Shown here: positions 12,864 through 23,869 of the stretch, in pieces | Position numbering within the stretch: position 1 is the first letter of the stretch | Layout of the letters: each line of letters starts with the position of its first letter | Assembly: GCF_963921235.1 (NCBI RefSeq) | Contig: NC_086115.1 | Coordinates: forward strand, 59,272,001 to 59,336,000 | From: Mobula hypostoma | Lineage: Eukaryota | Direction: 5' to 3' | DNA length: 64,000 bases | Translations under genes and position numbers: made by a program | The notes under the pieces: generated by a model | Told to the model about the DNA's origin: nothing | Database searches by the model: none | The model's input: only the letters and a program-made list of their open reading frames with translations

Positions 12864-13132
12864 GCAACACACATCAAAGTTGCTGTTGAACACAGCAGGC
12901 CAGGCAGCATCTCTAGGAAGAGGTACAGTCGACGTTTCAGGCCGAGACCCTTCGTCAGGACTAACTGAAAGAAGAGATAGTAAGAGATTTGAAAGTTGGA
13001 GGGGGGCGGTCTCGGCCTGAAACATCGACTGTACCTCTTCCTAGAGATGCTGCCTGACCTGCTGCGTTCACCAGCAACTTTGATGTGTGTTGCTTGAATT
13101 TCCAGCATCTGCAGAATTCCTGTTGTTTGCAT
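12864..13132. mobile_element. Penelope-like element fragment with inverted pLTR arms and a 12-bp TSD
   Basis: TSD tattagagtcta at 12852-12863 and 13133-13144; ~85-bp near-perfect inverted arms. Confidence 0.88.
12926..12963 (-). ncRNA. Minimal type I hammerhead ribozyme motif (Penelope-associated)
   Basis: Minus strand reads UAGUC-CUGACGA-AGG gucucgg CCU-GAAA-CG-UC^-GACUG: stem I, full catalytic core, stem II, loopless palindromic stem III (ACGU) and a GUC cleavage triplet. Confidence 0.75.
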
Positions 13133-13852
13133 TATTAGAGTCTAAACCATTTACTATCAAGCTATTGTGTGTATTGCCGACTGAAGATGGAATATATTTA
13201 AAATAGGTAAACCTTAGTGCAAACATAACACAAATTTTTTAAATTAATGTAAATTTATATTTAAACTTGAATGAAGAGTGTAGCAATCCACAAGGAAGGT
13301 TTCCTTTTACAAAGTAATGATGCCACTTGTCCGAGGAACATATGTCATCTGATTACTTAGAAGCCAAGCTTTCTTAGCTGGCTTTCTTAGAAGCCAGGAA
13401 CACAAGATAATTAGAATTGGTTCATTGGGAATGAGCCCATGTCACAGCCTGAGCCCCTGCAATCTTCTTAATTCCATTCTAATAGCTGGTAACAATGTTC
13501 AGAATTTTAATTAAGAGCGGATTTGTGTCTGATTTCAAGCAGGGTGGGATTATTTTTCCTCGACCACATGTAGACACTTCAAATATCCATTTTAAGTATG
13601 TTTGGAATACTTTCCCATGGAGTAAATGGAGTATTTATAATGCTAGATAAGCTTCAGGTTAATGGTTACTGCCCGCCAGCATGGCCAAATTTATGTTGCA
13701 ATTAAATATTCAATAAAATGTCCAAATTGTGTTTTATTAAAGCAACTCCAATTGTTACAAAAGTATGAATAAACGTAGGCCAGAGTAGAACAAGATTATT
13801 CATGTGGTATTGACTATCAGGTTCATTAAATGTATTTGCTTTATTACCTCAG

Positions 13853-14047
13853 AGGTGGAAGTACGCAGACTGCCCTGGCATTGAAATATGTACTTCAGAA
13901 AGGATTTATAGCTGCAAGAAATGCTTCTGTTCCTCGAATTCTTATCATTCTTACCGATGGTAAATCTCAGGGTGATGTGGCAGAGGCAGCAGCTCAAGTG
14001 AAAGAAGCTGGTGTAACCGTGTTTGCTGTTGGAGTCAAGTTTCCGAG
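13853..14047 (+). CDS. VWA2: VWA2 exon, VWA1 (GGSTQTALALKY...RNASVPRILIILTDGKSQGDV...AVGVKFPR)
   Basis: Acceptor ctcag, donor gtgagg; 195 nt; MIDAS T and TDG present; NAS glycosylation sequon. Confidence 0.97.
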
Positions 14048-14899
14048 GTGAGGAGCTTTCTTACGAAGATTTGCCAGGAATGATCATCCTGCGATGATAT
14101 AATGTATCATTTTCCACAGGAAATTTTGCACCTGAGCTTTACAGAGCATTTTTAGGAAATTCATGGTTTATAGATTTTTTAGTGACATTAAGGTCGAAAC
14201 CCTTTGCATTATGTGTTCACCTTTTTCTCAAAGTATTGAGGTTCCCAAAAATTTTTATGCCATGTACCCCTACCATTAACCTAAGGGTTCGCGAACCCCA
14301 GGTTGGGAACCCCGATTTTAAAACTCTCATTGTGAAAATTAAAATTTTGTTCGTTCGGAAGAAAGCACAGCAGATTTCCATGTCAACAGTTGCTAGAGGA
14401 ATATTGTACCTTGTCTCCCTGCTTCTCAGTTAGGCTGATAGTTAATTGTTGTTTTAATCTGTAACCATCAGAGATTAAAATGCATTGCCTAAGGAGTCAT
14501 TTTTGAATGAGTATGCATTCTTTCTCCTGTGAGAATCTTTCACAACATCTATAGATTTGGAAGTGAAGAAGCCAGGCTTCAAACTGAATTTTAATTTAGT
14601 AGGCAGAATTGTCCCAAGGTTGGATAATTAAACTATGAGTGAGCTTTATGTTACTGTTTTCTAACTTGTATATCCAGACACAAGTTCTGGATGCTCTTTT
14701 GCCCTGATATTCAGCAGATAAGGCACCTCTGTGGAAAGAGATTTTAATTTTAATTTCAAAAATAGATGGTATTCATAATAACAAGGAATATATATATGTA
14801 TATACATATATTCACAGACAAACGTAACACCGTAGACTCTCACATGACTCCCTAAGGCGATACCGCTCTCATTGTCGTAGGAGCTTCCTCACGCAAATC

Positions 14900-15530
14900 T
14901 GCCCCTTTGTGTGTGGCAGCAGAAGGAGCTCAGACCTTGATCCTTCCCACGGAGCCTCAGCATTGGCTGTGCTGGGCTTGAGTCATCCTTCACTACGTAC
15001 TCCTGCAGCTTGGACTGCGCCAATCAACAGCATTACCTTGCAGTCATCACGCCGTGCGGGATGATTGGCATGTTTTAAGCCGACCAAACAATGCCTTTCA
15101 CTTCGTTGATGACATTGCAGCAGCATTTGTCTATTTTCATGTGGTCACTGTGTCCCCCCGTGGATCAGAGAGCAGACATCCCACCCTGCAAAAGCTCATT
15201 TCATGGAGGTAGCACCATCAATTTGCAGGAGACTTCCGGAACTTCCGGGAGAGGTGGGATGTCTGAGAGAGTCTTCTGAAATGCAGCTGCTGTGGGCAAA
15301 TTGAGACACAGAGCCTTGCACCCTTCCCTGCACCCTTTCAGCAAATGCACAGACCGTAAGGAAGTGGGTGACTCTCTCTTCCCCACAACGGCCATCCAAA
15401 AGGCAGCATGCACTGGGGGTGTTTTGCTGTCTGACCTGGAGGGCTATGCTCACTACCAACCAAACAAAGTCTTGATGCTTGATTGTTAAATCTGGCGATG
15501 AACCATTCTGCCTTTTGTTCAAGGAACAAA
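14900..15530 (-). mobile_element. Decayed L1/Tx1-like LINE 3' region
   Basis: Minus-strand remnants such as GRCGEERVTHFLTVCAFA and INEVKGIVWSA...CC*LAQSKLQEYVVKD, typical of the Tx1 ORF2 C-terminus. Confidence 0.6.
15173..15265 (-). mobile_element. 93-bp miniature hAT-like element with a 6-bp TSD
   Basis: TIR cagacatcccacc / ggtgggatgtctg; TSD agagag at 15167-15172 and 15266-15271; ends match the element at 38779-40126. Confidence 0.8.
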
Positions 15531-15752
15531 TTCATAGAATCCATAATGTCTCTCATATTATTTAGAGATACAGGCCCTTCCTGCCCATTGAGCCCACCGA
15601 ATTAACCCGAGGACAACTTACAATGACCAATTCATCTACGAACCTGTGCATCTTTTGACTGTGAGTGTAAGCCGGTAAAAACCCATGTGATGACCACATG
15701 GTGGTAACAAAATGTTAGTTGATTTTCATTGTAACTCTTTCTCTCTTCACAG

Positions 15753-15886
15753 ATGGGAGGAGTTGGCTTTACTAGCTAGTGAACCTACAGACAGCCATGT
15801 GCTGTTTGCAGGGCACTTTGATGATGCTGTCAATGGTCTGTATACCACGTTAACAAGCTCTGATGTCTGCTCTGCTATTCCACCAG
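15753..15886 (+). CDS. VWA2: VWA2 exon, end of VWA1 (WEELALLASEPTDSHVLF...VCSAIPP)
   Basis: Acceptor cacag, donor gtaacg; 134 nt; WEEL.LASEP motif of VWA2. Confidence 0.96.
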
Positions 15887-16228
15887 GTAACGCACAGAAT
15901 TTTGTAACAAAAGTTCTAAATCTGGGTTGATAGACGTCGTGTTGCTCATCCATACAGTAAAGAATATCATTGCTTTAACTACAATGGAATACTGCAAAAT
16001 CTTTACAAAGTCAAAATCCATTCCAGTTCTTTTTATGTTAACTGCCAATCTGAAAAGCCATGTTAAAATTCAGTGCACAGCAAAGCAACTTCTCTTCTTC
16101 CCAAGTATGATTTCAACCATCCAAAAACTTTTTTTTGTCTTTTATTATGTATTATGGAGAATCCTGCCTTAGTGTGCCAGTCTGTGCATCTACAATTACC
16201 ATCTCATCAATGTTGTGTTTTGAAGCAT

Positions 16229-16735
16229 ACTGCACCTAGTACACCTGCTCATTAATGCAAATATCTAATCAACCAATGATGTAGCAACAGCTCAATGAGT
16301 ATAATCATGCAGACATGGTCAAGAGGGTCAGTTGTTGTTCAGACCAAACATCAAAATGGGGACGAAATGGGATCTAAGTGATTTTGATTGTTGGTGCCAG
16401 ACAGGGTAGTTTGAGTATCTCAGAAATCTTCTCCTGGGATTTTCTAGAGTTTACACTGAATGGTGTGAAGAGCAAAAAACACACGCACACTCATCCAGTG
16501 AGCAGCGGTTCTGTGGGGAAAAACACCTTGTTAATAAGAAAGGTCAGAGAAGAGTGGCCAGACTGGTTCAAGCTGACAGGAAGGTGACAGTAACTCAGAT
16601 AACAACACATAAAAGTGTGTGCGGAAGAGCATCTCTGAACCCACGGAATATTGAAACTTCAAGTGAATGGGCTACTGCAACAGAAAATTACACCAGGTTC
16701 CATTTCTGCACCTAATAAAGTGGCCATCGAGTGCA
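16229..16735 (+). mobile_element. Non-autonomous Tc1-like DNA transposon remnant
   Basis: Tc1-type 5' region (gcagacatggtcaagag...attgttggtgccagac) and right TIR cctaataaagtggcca.tgagtg. Confidence 0.7.
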
Positions 16736-16910
16736 TATAAAGTCAAAATATGCCAATTTTTGTGGAAAAAACAAAAAATAAATCACCTGGGATTCACCCA
16801 CCTATTACCCACTCATTCTGAAATGTGAATGTGAGGAGAATTGTTTATAGAAGACCCACCTAAAGACAGGCAGATTTGAGTCTTGGATTAAGCCTTAATC
16901 TGGCTAGTTA

Positions 16911-17348
16911 TATTGGAAAATAAATTGTAGCACTCTGGTTTCTAAGTGTTTATTTTAGTGTGTTTTTATTGCACATCGAGTGTTTATTTAGGTTTTTACT
17001 ATGCATTAAGTGTCTGTTACTGAGTGCGTGTGATTACTATGGTATTTCAACTTTGTAACCATTGAATGCAACCTGTGTACTTTTAACCCCTCAAGAAAAA
17101 ATGAATGTAGCCATGTATGAGAGATGAGTAATTGATTTATTAGCTAGAGTGAAACTTACAGCATATGCTAATGCTGTTAACCCAGAAGGGATGCTATAAA
17201 AAATGCTATGTGAAAAAATAAGCAGGCATTCAGTGGTGGGCATTCAAAGGCTAGCCCACTGTCTGTCTCAGCTTTACTTTGCAAATTAAAGTTTAAACAT
17301 TTCTTGAAGAATCTTTGGCGCTTCCTTGTCATTTGTGAAACCACGACA
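16911..17348 (+). repeat. ERV 5' LTR
   Basis: About 95% identical to 18760-19197; TATA box tataaa at ~17195; ATTAAA at ~17285; ends in CA. Confidence 0.92.
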
Positions 17349-17352
17349 AAAC

Positions 17353-17372
17353 TGGCGTAGTCTGGCAGGATT
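17353..17372 (+). promoter_or_regulatory. Primer-binding site complementary to tRNA-Ser
   Basis: TGGCGTAGTC(t)GGCAGGATT is the reverse complement of the vertebrate tRNA-Ser 3' end (...AATCCTGCCGACTACGCCA) with one extra base. Confidence 0.85.
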
Positions 17373-18026
17373 GGGAAGAGACCCGTGGAAGAAAAGAAAT
17401 GGCAGATTGAGAGCGCTTCCCGGTCCCTGGGGGACCTCCACAGAGCTAACAGAATTCAGGGTGCACCCAAACAAAGGTAAGCGCTTTTTAGCGACAATTT
17501 GGACTAAGAATTCTGTTGGTTTTTGAGGAGATCTCGGGGACTCAGAAGTGTGAAACAACTGCTGAAGGGTCTCTCCGATTCAAAGAATCTGGCAGAATTG
17601 AGGGTTAAAAGGAGGCTCGGAGGATTAATCAAGAACACTGCAGTGAGGGGTGAGTATGAATAAGGTAACGAGAAGTTAAGTAAGAAAAATTTCACGTGGT
17701 GTTGGTAAGTCCCTGTGGATACCGTTTCGTACGAGACGAAGGTCTGAATGGGCAGGGAAAGAAAGAAAAAAGAGAAAATCTTCGTGAATACCGCCTTAAG
17801 AAGTGTAAGGGTCTGAATAGGCGAGGTGCAAAAAGAAAGTTCTGTGGATACCCCCCGAGAAAGGGGTCTGTGTGGGCAGAACAGAATAGAAGATAAGGAT
17901 AGCTTAAGTATATAATTTAGACGCGGTTGAGAAAAAACCATAAGGTTAGATAGAGAAATAGGTTACAGAAAATAGTATCACCGAGGTGTGAGACATTAAG
18001 AATACCTTAAAAAGGGAAAGCATAAC

Positions 18027-18604
18027 ATGACAGGGAAACCAACGGCGGTAGAAATATTGAGCAAAATATTCTCGGTGTGTCAAGGTAAGATCGCGGAAAT
18101 TTCAGAAAAATGGGAAAAAAGAACCAAAAATCTGGTCACGAAGTGGCCGAAAGAAGGAACATTTGATGTAAGTTTATGTGAGGAAATGGAGGCACTGATT
18201 AAAAATCACAAACCAAGAGATAAATCCAAGAAAAGAGAGAAAAAAGAAAATAGGAGATAGAAGTGTTAAAACTCTTTAGGATGGAGGGAGAAAGATTGAG
18301 AAAGAAAGGATGAATATCAGTAGCAAGTAAAGAAGACTCTGAGAAACAAGAAAAGCAGTCTGGTAAACCACAGGAGAAACAGAATAAGGAGCCGACTCTA
18401 TACCCAGACCTGAGAAATGTAGAAACCCCTCCCCCTTATTATGAGAAGGAGACTCTTAAACAGTGTCCTGTATTATCAGGAGAACTAGAACTGGAGGGGA
18501 AGTTTAAAGTCTGGGATACAGAGGAGGAAAGAAGAAAATATGAGGAGTTGGGTGAGGAGGAAAATCAGAACACGAAGGGACAGGTTTTTGGCTCAGTGGC
18601 CTAG
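18027..18604 (+). pseudogene. gag: Retroviral gag N-terminal remnant (matrix plus late-domain region)
   Basis: KWPKEGTFD resembles gamma/epsilon-retroviral MA (WPxxGTF); after a frameshift and a TGA come LYPDL (18398-18412) and PPPY (18428-18439). Confidence 0.8.
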
Positions 18605-18759
18605 GAAGGTAGGGAGAGAACACTTCAAATTCTAAGCACAAGAAATTATAGTTTGACCCAGATTTGGGAGTAAATTCTGAAGTTTATTTGAGCTTTTGTG
18701 TGTGGACTCGTAGTTTCCTTTCTCTATGTGAGACCTTATAGATCTCAAAGGAGAGATTA

Positions 18760-19197
18760 TATTGGAAAATATTGTAGCACTCTGGTTTCTAAGTGTTTAT
18801 TTTAGTGTGTTTTTATTGCGCATCACGTGTTTATTCAGGTTTTTACTATGCATTGAGTGTCTGTTACTGAGTGCGTGGGATTACTATAGTATTTCAACTA
18901 TGTAACCATTGAATGAAACCTGTGTACTTTTAACCCCTCAAGAAAAAACGAATGTAGCCAAGTAAGAGAGATAAGGGTAATTGATTTATTAGCTAGAGTG
19001 AAATTTACAGCATGTGCTAATACTGTTAACCCAGAAGGGGTGCTATAAAGAATGCTGTGTGAAAAAATAAGCAGGCATTCAGTGGTGGGCATTCAAAGGC
19101 TAGCCCACTGTCTGTCTCAGCTTTACTTTGCAAATTAAAATTTAAACATTTCTTGAAGAATCTTTGGCGCTTCCTTGTCATTTGTGAAACCACGACA
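18760..19197 (+). repeat. ERV 3' LTR
   Basis: Direct repeat of 16911-17348; preceded by the PPT and followed by TSD gtta. Confidence 0.92.
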
Positions 19198-19423
19198 GTT
19201 AACCTTTCTGCCTGAAGCTAAACAAATGTAAGTGTAGGACCCCAGGATAACTTTTAGGTAGGATAGATCCAGATGGGACAAATACTTTTGACTTATGAGG
19301 GACCACAAGCAGCACAAATAACAGCACCCTCTCACCCCCAGCCTTATCAAAGTCTTCTCACCCATATGCTAGGTTTCAACACTTTAAAAAGGTATACATT
19401 CTCGTCTAAGAAAAGTATTCATA

Positions 19424-19446
19424 CAGTACTGTCCAAAAGTCTAAAG

Positions 19447-19478
<32 letters not shown>

Positions 19479-19936
19479 GCTGGGGTGCCCAAGTCTTTTG
19501 CGCAGTACCGTATTTGTCAATGTGGAGCACAGTGTGAGTTTGTAAACCTGATGGAGCCGAGGGTGTTGGGAATGGAGAGGGTGGAACGCTGCGGGATCGG
19601 TGTGGGACAGGTGATGGAGGAGGAGTGCCGGGGTGGGTGTGGGGGGTATGGATGCAGGCACACCCAGGTTATTTGATTCCAAACAATTGGTTTATTGATC
19701 ATTACAGAACATCTCTCCGGTACTTACTGCTCCTTCCCCTTTTCCCAACCATGATTCCCCTCTCCCTGCCCCTTCCCACTCTCAGTCCATATTAGAGATC
19801 CATATCAGAATCAGGTTTATCGTCACTCACATATGTCATGAAATTTGTTTTTTTTTGTGGCTGCAGAATAGTGCAATCCAAAAAACTAAAGATGTGTGTG
19901 TGTGTATGTATGTATGTATACTTCTGCACAGTACTG
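19424..19936 (+). mobile_element. Tc1/mariner-type MITE, composite form (copy 1), containing (TA)n
   Basis: TA-flanked, cagtactgt...acagtactg termini; body homologous to 43623-44186. Confidence 0.8.
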
Positions 19937-19981
19937 TAAATGATTACGTGTGAGTAAAATATAGTAATTTGCTTCTTTCAG

Positions 19982-20114
19982 CTTGCAAGCTTGAGACCCA
20001 TGTCTGTCTACGTAAATCTCTAGAAACAGTGAAGGAATTCAAGGGGAATTTCATGTGCTGGAGGGGATCATATGAATATGGTGGACCTTTCTCAACACTA
20101 TGTCCTTATTACAG
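19982..20114 (+). CDS. VWA2: VWA2 exon, Cys-rich domain (ACKLETHVCLRKSLETVKEFKGNFMCWRGS...CPYY)
   Basis: Acceptor tttcag, donor gttagt; 133 nt; CWRGS and CP.Y are AMACO-specific motifs. Confidence 0.96.
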
Positions 20115-21448
20115 GTTAGTAACTCCTATTCTGAAACTTGGCCGTGGGAAAACATAAAGCACTCTGAAGCATTGTACGTGGATTGTCGCCTGATCCAGCT
20201 GCAGTGTACTGCATTGTCCAATTGCTTTTAACTTGATGAGTGAGGGGGTACTTCGAGTAAAGTGACTGGAAAATAAATCGGTGCTGAGCTGTCAATCAAA
20301 TGTTGAAGTAGATAGATCATGGAAGGCACTCTAACTGGTGGAGGAAAATAGATAACAAGTTCTCACTGTCTCTGCACAGTGCTCTTTAAGTGCAGTGTGT
20401 GCGAAGATTGTGGTAAATATTGTAAGCAATGGGAAAGCAGAATAGATAAATATCAGTGAACCCGTTAGCTTGATATCGGCTATGGAAAAATGCACAGAAT
20501 TCATTGTTTAAGATCAAATTAGTAAATTCAAAGTTCAAAGTACAGTTATTATTAACATATGAGTACAATATACAGCCTTGAGATTTGTTTCCTTACAGGC
20601 AGCCACAAAACAAAGAAACCCAATAGAGCTCATTTAAAAAAGACCTTCAAACACCTGATGTGCAGAAATAAAATCATGCAAACAATAAAAGTAAACAATC
20701 AACTTTCAGAACTGAAGTTCACGGAAGTCAGCCCACAGCCTCAAAGCCAGTCATCACTACAGCCGATCCAGGAGCCTGTTAGTTGCAAGCCACAGCCTCA
20801 GTTCAGTACAGAGACGAGTAGACCTTGCAGAACAGCGAGCTGAACACTGGCCCATCCCTCACTTCCAGCCCTGACACTCTCACCTTTTCTGTCCTTCACC
20901 TTTGCTCCACACACCCTGAGCTTTTCAGTCCCTCGCCTCAGGCCCCAACACCCTGAACTTTTCAGTCCCTCGCCTCAGGCCTCGACACCCTGACCTTTGG
21001 AGGTTCATGGGAGAATCATTATAGTTACTAGTGATTTGCTTGGCATAGGTTCTATTTGATAATGTTAAAGTGTTTCTGGAGAAGTGACAAGCCTAAAGAA
21101 TACTGTTAAATTGTATAGACATTTCCAGAGACTTTAAGTAGAAAAATCACAAGGGAGGCCTTTGCAAGCTTTCAAAAGGCCACCAAGAGATGTCTTTGGA
21201 AGAAAAAGACCATTTGTACTATCAGAATGATATTATATTTCCATATGCCCTCACTACTCTACTGTGGGACTTTTTTGTTGCAATCTTCACACTATGAATG
21301 AACTTAGATAATAATTGACTAATAAGTTAATTATTTGGGGAAGTTTCAGAGTAGAAAGAATAAACTCTGAAAAGCATTCCATAATATTCCACATTCTTTG
21401 CATGGAAATATCTTGATAATTTCTCACAGAAATTAATTTTTTTTCTAG

Positions 21449-21504
21449 TTGGAAGCGAGTTTATAAGACGCATCTTGCTCGATGCTACAGAACTCTGTGC
21501 CCAG
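21449..21504 (+). CDS. VWA2: VWA2 small exon (SWKRVYKTHLARCYRTLCP)
   Basis: Acceptor ttctag, donor gtagtt; 56 nt; matches WKRVF.TH...CYRT.CP; missed by the ORF track. Confidence 0.95.
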
Positions 21505-21849
21505 GTAGTTAATGTTTTCATCCTACTCCAATGTCCAGTTTTGTTGTTTCAGTGGAGTACTTTCCTTCTTGCTGAATTTAAATGCAATGTTAAAGATGTC
21601 TGTGGTAAAATATTTTATTAAGTGCTCATGTTGTTTTCTGTAACATTGTTTAATAAGGTTGAAAAGATTATTCTTGTTAATATATTTCTCTGTGTAATTA
21701 GTCTGTTTGAGAGTCTGACATCAAATCAGTGTAAATAACCATAACTTCAAAATAAAACATAAAATGATGAACCTCAGTAATCTCAGGGTCATAGACTGGA
21801 ATTAGTGATCTATATCTGCGCCCTCAAATTTATTTAATTATTTATTTGA

Positions 21850-22120
21850 GTGACAGGACAGAATAGGCCCTTCTGGCCCTTTGATCTGCACTGCCCAACC
21901 CCCCGATTTAACCTAATCACAGGACAATTCACAGTGACCAATTAACTTATTAACCAGTACATCTTTGGACTGTGGGGTGAAACCAGAGAACCCAGAGAAA
22001 TCCCATACATTTCACGGGGAAGAAGTACCGTCTTCTTACAATGATGCCGGAACTGAACTCTGAACTACAGTGCCCCAAGCTGTAATAGCATTGGCCTAAC
22101 CTCTATGCTTCGTGGCACCC
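21850..22120 (-). mobile_element. V-SINE/HE1-like SINE (related copies at ~15560-15700, 30260-30520, 45880-46020, 57750-58030; + strand at ~38245-38390)
   Basis: Shared core tacaatgaccaattaacct...tctttggactgtggg.ggaaaccagag. Confidence 0.7.
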
Positions 22121-22687
22121 AAATCTTTTGCACTTGGCAAGTTGAATAGCTTAGCAATTCATAAGAGCTATAGTTTTATACCATACAAAATATAATGCTT
22201 TAAAGTCACAAAAACTAATTGCTTTTAACTAGAGTATCAAGCCAATCACCGACAATTGTTCAAGAAAAACCATATGGTGCAAGATCAAACACTTTGCGGT
22301 TATTCTTCAGATTGCTTGTTAAAGTCAGCATGAAATATCCAACTTTCTAAATGAGATTGACAAGAATAATTTTAGAGTTATGTTTTAATTGATTCAGATA
22401 TTTCTTTTGACAAGAACATTTTAGGTACAATTAATAAACAGCACCTAATTCAAAAATATGTGAATGTTGATTTAATTGCCAATATAACGTGTCTGTGATT
22501 GCAACTCAAATGTCATCTGGCTGACAAGAAATGGAAAAGTATTGCTATTCTTTATTTTATCAATCAATGCACATGAATGAAATAGTTATTTCTTCTGGAT
22601 ATTTATTAATCTCATATGTAACTTCGTTTTCAAAAAGTATAAGGTCCTTGAACATCCTATCAATATTTTATGTAAACCCTTTTACAG

Positions 22688-22795
22688 ATCCGTGCGATTC
22701 ACAGCCCTGCCAGTATGGCGGCACATGTATCTCAGAGGACCTTGAAAAGTACCACTGTCTCTGCCCTGCAGCATTTGGAGAAGACTTTAATTGCG
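22688..22795 (+). CDS. VWA2: VWA2 exon, EGF-like domain 1 (DPCDSQPCQYGGTCISEDLEKYHCLCPAAFGEDFNC)
   Basis: Acceptor tacag, donor gtaaac; 108 nt, phase 1-1; six-Cys EGF pattern. Confidence 0.96.
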
Positions 22796-23039
22796 GTAAA
22801 CTGGTCTTACTTTTTTTTTTATTATTATTTTCCCCAAATGTGTGTAAATTTGTTCATCTGATATCTCTGTTCCATTAAACCATGCTTTGTTTGGTCTGAA
22901 TTATACTTGCAAATCTGTTTCAACTGGAGTGGCACCTTACAAATATTGTTTGAAAGAAAAAGATATGAAGATTAAATAAAAGCTGCAAATGCTTGAAATC
23001 TGAAAAAAAAACCCTGAAAATTCAGTACTGCTAAAGTTG

Positions 23040-23235
23040 TGTGTTATTCCTCTCCACACCCTGTGGCACATCAGGTGGCAACCTTGACGTTTCATTAGCA
23101 TTTGCCTGTTTTTTTTTGAGGCCAAGTTGCTAGCTCAAAGCTCAACCCAGCATGGCTGGAAAGCATGTAGGGAAGTGGCTGGATTTGAACCTGGGACTAC
23201 TCACTTCAAAGTCCGTTGCGGACATCACTACACCT
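23040..23235 (-). mobile_element. tRNA-derived SINE remnant
   Basis: Minus-strand A-box-like ggtgtagtg and B-box ggttcaaatcc. Confidence 0.5.
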
Positions 23236-23869
23236 TCTGCAGGCTTAATGTTGTGTAGTCTGACAGAAAATGTACAACAGATTAGAGGAAAGGAAAGGAA
23301 AGAATCAATATTGAATTATCCAACTTTAGACAACTCACCCTTTCATTTTATTTATATTAATAACTAGACATTTTTGCCTGCTGTCTCTTCATTTCCTTTT
23401 TGTACGCAGTCAGTCTGTACACAATTAGCAACACATTTTCTCTGATCTTAGCTGCTCCTGAAATAGGACATTATTTCATCCTATCAGAGAAATTCTCAAT
23501 GCAGCATCAATTGCCTTTCCCTGCCCCCTTTGCTACCTCAAAGAGCTTGTTCTTTCTCTTTCTTGGATCAGATGAATAGTGCTGGACATGAATCATTGAC
23601 TGTCCCTCTTTCCATAGATGCTGACTGAGTGGCTGAGTTTGTCTGTTTCTTCGATTTCTATTTTTGTTTGAACCAGTTCGGTGTAATCTCAAAATTGATC
23701 TACCATTGTTTGAAGAAATGTCTGAGTGCTGAAACTCATGAGGAAGATTGTACATTCAGACAAAATTTGTGTATCAAGGCTGACTGAGAATCAAATATTG
23801 AAATTGCTGTACTTTAATTCATCCAGGAATATTAGACTGTAAACTTCCTAATGCCTAAAATATTATTGA

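Larger units (their letters stand above)
16911..19197 (+). mobile_element. Internally deleted endogenous retrovirus (LTR-PBS-leader-gag remnant-PPT-LTR)
   Basis: Two 438-bp direct repeats; 4-bp TSD gtta; PBS; splice donor; gag motifs; PPT aaaggagaga at ~18747-18756. Confidence 0.92.

Noticed and set aside
17353-17372. tRNA-Ser gene fragment
   Set aside because: It is an antisense match to the tRNA 3' end including CCA, directly after an LTR, so it is a primer-binding site
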